Source: an uncultured Holophaga sp. (GTDB taxonomy: Bacteria; Acidobacteriota; Holophagae; Holophagales; Holophagaceae). Taken from it: a stretch of 64,000 nucleotides of DNA. Positions 58,703-64,000 of this stretch are shown here, piece after piece. Where the stretch lies: the NCBI GenBank assembly GCA_963664825.1, contig OY761614.1:2400001-2464000 (forward strand), read 5' to 3'. Numbering within the stretch: the stretch's first letter is position 1; every line of letters starts with the position of its first letter. The notes under the pieces are model-generated. The model was given only the letters and a program-made list of their open reading frames with translations. It was not told the DNA's origin and searched no databases. Both the position numbers and the translations under genes were made by a program.

Positions 58703-61441
58703 CTACCTTCCTTGGGGTGAACTTCCCTTGGCCAGGACCTTCCGGGCGCTTGTCATGGCCTGCCGCACGTCCCGGTCCTGATCGGTCTTCAGGGCCAGGG
58801 CCCTTCGCCCCGATTCCAGGGCCCGGCGGGCCTCTGAAGCACCGTTCTTGCCCTTTGTTTGGCGGACCTCCGCGGCCAAGGCGTGGACCCGGGCGAGGCT
58901 GGCAGGGAAGCATGCCTCCTGGGGTTCCTTGGCCTGGGCCCCTTCCAAGGCGGCCTGGGCCCGGACGAGCAGAGGGCTTGGGTCCTGGCCGGGGCGGTTC
59001 AGCCAGCGGGCCTCGAGCAGATCGACATCGCCCTGGGAACCCAGGATCCCGGCCTGCCCCGGCGCCAGGCGCGAGGCTTGAAGGAGGGCTTGGTGGGCCT
59101 TCTCCAGGGTGGGCCGGGGATCCTCGCCCCGGGCGAGTTGGCGCTCCGCCAGGCGGCTCAGCAGCTCGGCCAGGTTGCTCCAGCTGGCCGCGGAGGGATT
59201 GAGCTGGGCGCAATCGCCAAAGGCGGCCACCGAGTGCTGAAGGGCCTCCAGGGGCTCCTGGCCCTTGGCCTTCAGAGCCTCGGCCTGATCCATATAGAGG
59301 AAGGCCAGGTTCTGGTGGGTCTCCCACCCTGCCAAGTCTTCGGCCAGGGCCTGCCGACAATAGGCCAGGCCCGATTCCAGGAAGGGCCTGGGATCCTCCT
59401 TCCCCTTCATGGCCCGGGTGGCTCGGGTGTGGGCCAGGCTGGCCAGCCGTTCCAGTGCTCGGGCGCGGACCGTGGGCGGATAGGAACCCGGTCCCTGGCG
59501 CGGGGCTTGGGCCACCTTCTGCATGACGGCTTCGGCCCGTTGGAAGTAGGGTTCGGGATCCCGGCCCCGGCTGGCGAGCTCCCGGCCCAATTGCACCAGG
59601 GTGAGGGCGTGGACATTGAGCATGTCCACCCGGGAACCGTTCCGCAGATGCAGGTTTTCGCTGGCCTCCAGGGCGCGTTCCAGGGAACTCAGCCGGTCCA
59701 GGCCCTGCAGCTTCAGCGAGGCTCCCCCCAGCCAGATGAATTTCAGCGCATCCTGGAGCCGGTCATCGCTGGGGCCGATGCGCAGTGGGGTCTCCAGCAC
59801 CTTCAGGGCCCGCTCGAAGTCCTCCCGGGCCTGGTCTGGCCGCCCCGCATCCCCGGCTTCCCGGGCCCGGTAGGCCAGGGCCTTGGCCAGGTAGAAGAGC
59901 GCGTCGTAGCGCCAGGGCTCGGCCTCGAAGGCCGCTTCGGCCAGCCGCGCGGCGTCATCGAAGCGCTGGTCGGCCAGGGCCAGGCGGGCCTCTTCCTCCC
60001 GGGAAAACCGCGCGCCCAGCTCCTGGCGGGCCCGCCGGAGATGATCCAGGGCCCGGTTCCGGAGATCTCGGCGGATCTCGAGCTGGCGCGCTTCCCGCTT
60101 CCCGGGTACCAGGATGCTCAAGGAGGCTGAGTATTCCCGGTCGTAGAGATCGATCAGGCTGTGGCCCAGGGCCAGGGAGACCTCGGCGGAGCGCTGCCCC
60201 AGCTTCCAGGCTGTGTCCAGCTCCCGGCTGGCGGTCTCCGGGTCCCCCAGCAGGAGCGCGCCTTCGCCCAGCGTGACGTGTCCCGGGCCTCGGCTGAGGG
60301 GGGTCGCAGCCATCTGGCGGCGCACCTCCTCCATTCGCTGGCGCACCTGATCGAATTCCCGCACCACATCGTGGGAAGGCAGCATGCGTCCGAAGCGCAC
60401 GAGGCTCTCCATGCCCATGGCCTCCCGACCGAAACGCTGGGCCCAGTAGGCCCGGGTCTGGGCCCGGCGCTGGCCCACGTCCCAGACCAGGACTGCCGTG
60501 AGGGTGGACAGGCAGGCCAAGGCCGCCAATGCGCTGGCTAGGCGGTTGCGACGAATCCAGTGTCCCAGGCGCTCCAGGGGCGAGATGCGCCGCGCCTTCA
60601 CGGGTTCGCCGTCCAGGAGGCGCATCAGGTCATCGCGGAAGGCCGCGGCGCTGGGGTAGCGCCGGGCGGGATCCCGGGCCAGGCAGGTCTGGATCACGGT
60701 ATCGAGATCCCGGGACATTCCGGGCATCAAGGCCCGCAGGTGGGGCGGATCCTGGGTCTGGACCTGGACGAGGATCTCGGCGGCCTGGCCCTGGAAGGGG
60801 GGCCGCCCGGTGATGACCTCGAAGAAGGCCGCGCCCAGGCCGTAGACATCGGTCCGCGCATCGATCCAGCCCCCAGCCACCTGTTCGGGCGCCATGTAGG
60901 AAGGGCTGCCGAGGATCATCCCGGCCTCGGTAAGGCTGCCCGAGGCCTCATCCCTGGCCAGGCCGAAGTCCATCACATAGGGGCGCCAGCCTCCCGCCTC
61001 GTCGGCTTCCACCATGAGGTTCGTGGGCTTGAGATCCCGATGGATGAGCCCCTGGCGATGGGCGGCGTGCACCCCGTCGGCCAGGGTGGCCATGAGGCGC
61101 AGCTTGGTGGCCAGGGTCAGGGAGGGGGCCACCTTGTCCAGGGTCTGGCCCTGGATGAGCTGCATGACCAGGTAGGGCCAGCCCTCCCATTCGGCCACCT
61201 GGTAGAGGCGGCAGACGGCTGGGTGCTCCACCCTCGCGTGGAGATGGGCCTCCTGGCGCAATCGCTCCATGGTGGCCGGGGTGGCCTGCCTGAGCCACTT
61301 CAGCGCGACCCGACGGCCCAGGGATTCGTCGTAGGCCAGGTAGACCACGCCCATGCCGCCTTCCCCGAGGCGGTCCAGGATGCGGTAGTTCCCCACCCGT
61401 TGGGGCGGTGTCCCGGGGCTCTGGAATCCCGCTTCAACCAC
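58703..61441 (-). CDS. Hanks-type Ser/Thr kinase with TM segment and long TPR-like C-terminus
   Basis: LGEGGMGVVY, VALK, HRDLKPTN, DFG, YMAPE. Probable GTG start at 61441 overlapping the upstream stop by 8 nt. Confidence 0.9.
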   Translation of the reverse strand: MVEAGFQSPGTPPQRVGNYRILDRLGEGGMGVVYLAYDESLGRRVALKWLRQATPATMERLRQEAHLHARVEHPAVCRLYQVAEWEGWPYLVMQLIQGQTLDKVAPSLTLATKLRLMATLADGVHAAHRQGLIHRDLKPTNLMVEADEAGGWRPYVMDFGLARDEASGSLTEAGMILGSPSYMAPEQVAGGWIDARTDVYGLGAAFFEVITGRPPFQGQAAEILVQVQTQDPPHLRALMPGMSRDLDTVIQTCLARDPARRYPSAAAFRDDLMRLLDGEPVKARRISPLERLGHWIRRNRLASALAALACLSTLTAVLVWDVGQRRAQTRAYWAQRFGREAMGMESLVRFGRMLPSHDVVREFDQVRQRMEEVRRQMAATPLSRGPGHVTLGEGALLLGDPETASRELDTAWKLGQRSAEVSLALGHSLIDLYDREYSASLSILVPGKREARQLEIRRDLRNRALDHLRRARQELGARFSREEEARLALADQRFDDAARLAEAAFEAEPWRYDALFYLAKALAYRAREAGDAGRPDQAREDFERALKVLETPLRIGPSDDRLQDALKFIWLGGASLKLQGLDRLSSLERALEASENLHLRNGSRVDMLNVHALTLVQLGRELASRGRDPEPYFQRAEAVMQKVAQAPRQGPGSYPPTVRARALERLASLAHTRATRAMKGKEDPRPFLESGLAYCRQALAEDLAGWETHQNLAFLYMDQAEALKAKGQEPLEALQHSVAAFGDCAQLNPSAASWSNLAELLSRLAERQLARGEDPRPTLEKAHQALLQASRLAPGQAGILGSQGDVDLLEARWLNRPGQDPSPLLVRAQAALEGAQAKEPQEACFPASLARVHALAAEVRQTKGKNGASEARRALESGRRALALKTDQDRDVRQAMTSARKVLAKGSSPQGR

Positions 61442-62903
61442 GGCGGACCCTGGGGAGTTCCCGGCGGAGGATGCCGAGGGCCTTCCGGGCCTCTTCCGGT
61501 TCCAGGTGGGCAAAGCCCAGGCGCAAGCCGGGCAGGGATTGTCCCTTGAAATCGTAGCGGCTCCCGGGATGGATCTTCACCCCGGCCCACAGGCAGGCCG
61601 CGCACCAGGCTCCGGCGTCCAGACCTGGCGGCAGCTTCACCCAGTAGGCTAGGCCCCCTTGAGGGGCGGCCCCTTCGAAGTCTTCCCCCAGCTCCGGTCC
61701 CATGCCGCTCAGGGCCTCCCCGAAGGCATCCCGCCGCTCCCGGTAGAGCTTCCGGGCGCGGGCCAAGTGGCGTTCCAGGTCCCCGTCCCGGATGAGGTCG
61801 GCCACGGCCCATTCCAGTACGCGATCCCCCTGGATATCCAGGCGCTGGCGCAGTCGCGCCAGGCGGTCCACCAGGGCGCTGGGGGCCACCAGGTAGGCCA
61901 GGCCCAGGCCCGGGGCGAGCAGGTGGGACAGGGAACCCAGATGGAGGACGCGCCCCTCGGGATCCTCGGCGGCCAGGGGTAAGTGGGGAGGGCCCTCCCA
62001 GCTGAATTCGAGATCGGAATCCACCTCCACCAGCGCGAAATCATGGACCCGGGCCAGTTCCATCACACGGGTCCGGCGCCCGGCTTCGAGGGGGACCGTG
62101 GTGGGAAAATGGCACTGGGGCGTGATGCAGAGGAGGTTGATGGACTGGTGCTGCAGGAGCTCTTCCATGGCCTCAGGGATGAGCCCTCCGCCATCCACGG
62201 GCACGGGATGGAGGTGGCAGGAGGCGCCCAGGGCCTCCCAGAGGGTGGGGTCGCCGGGATCTTCCACTGCGGCATCTCCTCCCAGGGCGGCGGCCACCAG
62301 GCCCAGTCCCATGGGCGTGCTCCGGGTGATGAGCAGGTTCTCCGGCGTGATCCTCAGGCCGCGGCTCTCGCGAAGATACTGGGCCAGGCCTTCCCGGAGG
62401 GAACGGTTGCCCCGGCTCTCCCCCAGGCCCAGCAGATCGTCCCCGTGGCGCTGAAGGGCCCGCCGGTAGCCCCGGGCCAGGGCCTCCTTGGGCGCCAGTC
62501 GCGCATCGGGAAAGCCATCGGAGAGATCCTGCACACTCGAGGCCATGGTGGAGACGGGTTGCAGGTGGCTGGAGAGCTCGAAGGGGGGTGCCTCGGGCAT
62601 CAAGGCCCGCTCAGGCATTTGGCCCCAGGCCTTGGGGAGGGCTTTGGGTGGCGCGTCCACCACGTAGGTGCCACTGCCTGGACGGCTCTGCACCCAGCCC
62701 TCCAGTTCAAGCTCCCGCAAGGCGGACATGGCCACATGCCTGGAGAGGCCCAGTTCCTCGGCCAGGGTGCGGGAGCCGGGCATGGCCTCGCCGGCTTGAA
62801 TCCGTCCCTCCAGGATCTCCCGCGCCAGCATGCGCACGAGCTGCAGGGCCATAGGCTCCGGTGCCTCGGCGTCCAGGAGGGGGGCGAGATCAAAGAAGGG
62901 CAT
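61434..62903 (-). CDS. MocR/GabR-family regulator (GntR HTH + aminotransferase-like domain), PLP Lys replaced by His
   Basis: MPGSRTLAEELGLSR, GSGTYV, LRESRGL, VEDPG, TPQCHFPT, LRLGF. GSLSHLLAPGLGL replaces the usual GSFSKxxxPGLR. Confidence 0.88.
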   Translation of the reverse strand: MPFFDLAPLLDAEAPEPMALQLVRMLAREILEGRIQAGEAMPGSRTLAEELGLSRHVAMSALRELELEGWVQSRPGSGTYVVDAPPKALPKAWGQMPERALMPEAPPFELSSHLQPVSTMASSVQDLSDGFPDARLAPKEALARGYRRALQRHGDDLLGLGESRGNRSLREGLAQYLRESRGLRITPENLLITRSTPMGLGLVAAALGGDAAVEDPGDPTLWEALGASCHLHPVPVDGGGLIPEAMEELLQHQSINLLCITPQCHFPTTVPLEAGRRTRVMELARVHDFALVEVDSDLEFSWEGPPHLPLAAEDPEGRVLHLGSLSHLLAPGLGLAYLVAPSALVDRLARLRQRLDIQGDRVLEWAVADLIRDGDLERHLARARKLYRERRDAFGEALSGMGPELGEDFEGAAPQGGLAYWVKLPPGLDAGAWCAACLWAGVKIHPGSRYDFKGQSLPGLRLGFAHLEPEEARKALGILRRELPRVRRG

Positions 62904-63161
62904 GGATGGCTGGTTCCGGAATTGGGCCTGAAGGAAATTTCCAAGAGTGGTCGATGGTATGAAGCCAGCGTAGCTCATCCGACCTTCACCCCTGAAGGCC
63001 GGAATGCACATTCGGGCATCGCTGAGGGGTTGCAGGCCTTTGGCCGGGGACCGGCTAGGGGATTTTTGGAAAAACCGTTGGCATCGTCCCCGCCGGGGCC
63101 TGCTGAAAATTCCACCGCGAAGTATGATCTAGCCAGGACAAATCCCACCCGTGAGGTTTCA

Positions 63162-63767
63162 GTGGCAAAGGTCTACTTCCGCTATGCCGCCATGAACGCT
63201 GGAAAGAGCACCCAGCTGCTTCAGGTCCGGCACAACTACCACGAGCGCCACCAGCGCACGCTGCTCCTGAAGCCCCACCTGGATAACCGGGATGGTGAGG
63301 ATGTCATCAAGCCCCGCATCGGCGGCCTCGTGGCGAAGGTGGACGCCTTGGTTTACCCGGACACCGATCTCCAGGCGATGGTGGAGGAGCATCAGCAGCG
63401 CGGGGAGAGGCTGGACTGCATCCTGGTGGACGAGGCCCAGTTCCTCAGCCCTGAGCAGGTGCGGGAGCTCTGCGGTGTGGCCGATTTCCTGGACGTGCCC
63501 GTGATGTGCTACGGGCTGCGCACGGATTTTCGGGCCGAACTCTTTCCCGGTTCGGCCGCGCTCATGGCCCTGGCCGACGATATCGAGGAACTCAAGACCA
63601 TCTGCTGGTGCGGCAAGAAGGCCACCATCAATGCGCGCCTCCTGGATGGTCACGTGCAGACGGAAGGGCCCCAGGTTCAGATCGGAGGCAACGAGAGCTA
63701 CACGGCCCTCTGCCGCAAACACTGGGCCCTGGACCAGGCCCTGCCCCCCGGTCTGGCTGAGGGCTGA
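63162..63767 (+). CDS. tdk: Thymidine kinase
   Basis: YAAMNAGKST, LVDEAQFL, YGLRTDF, ICWCG, IGGNESY, LCRKH. GAGG SD before GTG 63162. Confidence 0.95.
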   Translation: MAKVYFRYAAMNAGKSTQLLQVRHNYHERHQRTLLLKPHLDNRDGEDVIKPRIGGLVAKVDALVYPDTDLQAMVEEHQQRGERLDCILVDEAQFLSPEQVRELCGVADFLDVPVMCYGLRTDFRAELFPGSAALMALADDIEELKTICWCGKKATINARLLDGHVQTEGPQVQIGGNESYTALCRKHWALDQALPPGLAEG

Positions 63768-63788
63768 ATCAGCCCTATCCTTGCCGGG

Positions 63789-64000
63789 ATGGACCCTTTC
63801 GTCGAACTCGCCCGCCTGAGCATCCAGCACTACGTGCAATTCCAATCGGTGCTGGAGGTGATCCCCTCCCACCTGGCCTCGGTCCTGGCGGGTCAGAGGG
63901 CCGCCGTCTTCGTCTCCCTCCACACCCGGGACGGGGGACTGCGGGGCTGCATGGGCACCCTGTGGCCCGCCCAGGGGACGCTGGCCCGGGAGATCGTGCA
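63789..64000 (+). CDS. AMMECR1-domain protein (AmmeMemoRadiSam protein A-like), 3'-truncated
   Basis: Manual translation MDPFVELARLSIQHYV...AAVFVSLHTRDGGLRGCMGTLWP; LRGCxG is the AMMECR1 motif. Confidence 0.85.
   Translation, partial: MDPFVELARLSIQHYVQFQSVLEVIPSHLASVLAGQRAAVFVSLHTRDGGLRGCMGTLWPAQGTLAREIV

Noticed and set aside
61983..63161. Apparent 594-aa thymidine kinase fusion
   Set aside because: The upstream part is antisense to the MocR gene. tdk starts at GTG 63162 with an SD.

Overview
GC-rich bacterial chromosomal window. Gene content (group A3 [FeFe]-hydrogenase, BamD/LpxD, tandem M13 peptidases, Hanks kinases, PGN-type EF-P) suggests an anaerobic diderm such as Holophagae (Acidobacteriota); this is an inference only. 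It holds about 50 CDS and 2 tRNAs (Arg-CCT, Val-CAC). I saw no CRISPR array, rRNA, transposase or prophage. Main modules: (1) a three-gene phosphorelay whose first kinase looks internally deleted; (2) a serine-biosynthesis cluster, histidine phosphatase (PspA-like, His85) - DUF1015 - serA - serC; (3) rex + hydCBA electron-bifurcating-type [FeFe]-hydrogenase + 2Fe-2S protein + PAS-containing sensory [FeFe]-hydrogenase + SpoIIE-type phosphatase; (4) an aspartase fused to a cNMP-binding domain; (5) housekeeping genes (efp with Asn34, prfB without frameshift, bamD, glgB, pfkA, lpxD, tdk); (6) three tandem secreted M13 peptidases; (7) a MocR regulator lacking the PLP lysine, overlapping a Ser/Thr kinase-TPR gene. 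There are also three unexplained structured intergenic elements (about 5.6, 45.75 and 58.6 kb), a frameshifted DUF6448 gene and a 41-aa TatA-like ORF missing from the ORF track. All family calls come from motif recognition, not database searches. Start codons were trimmed by hand where the ORF track over-extends.
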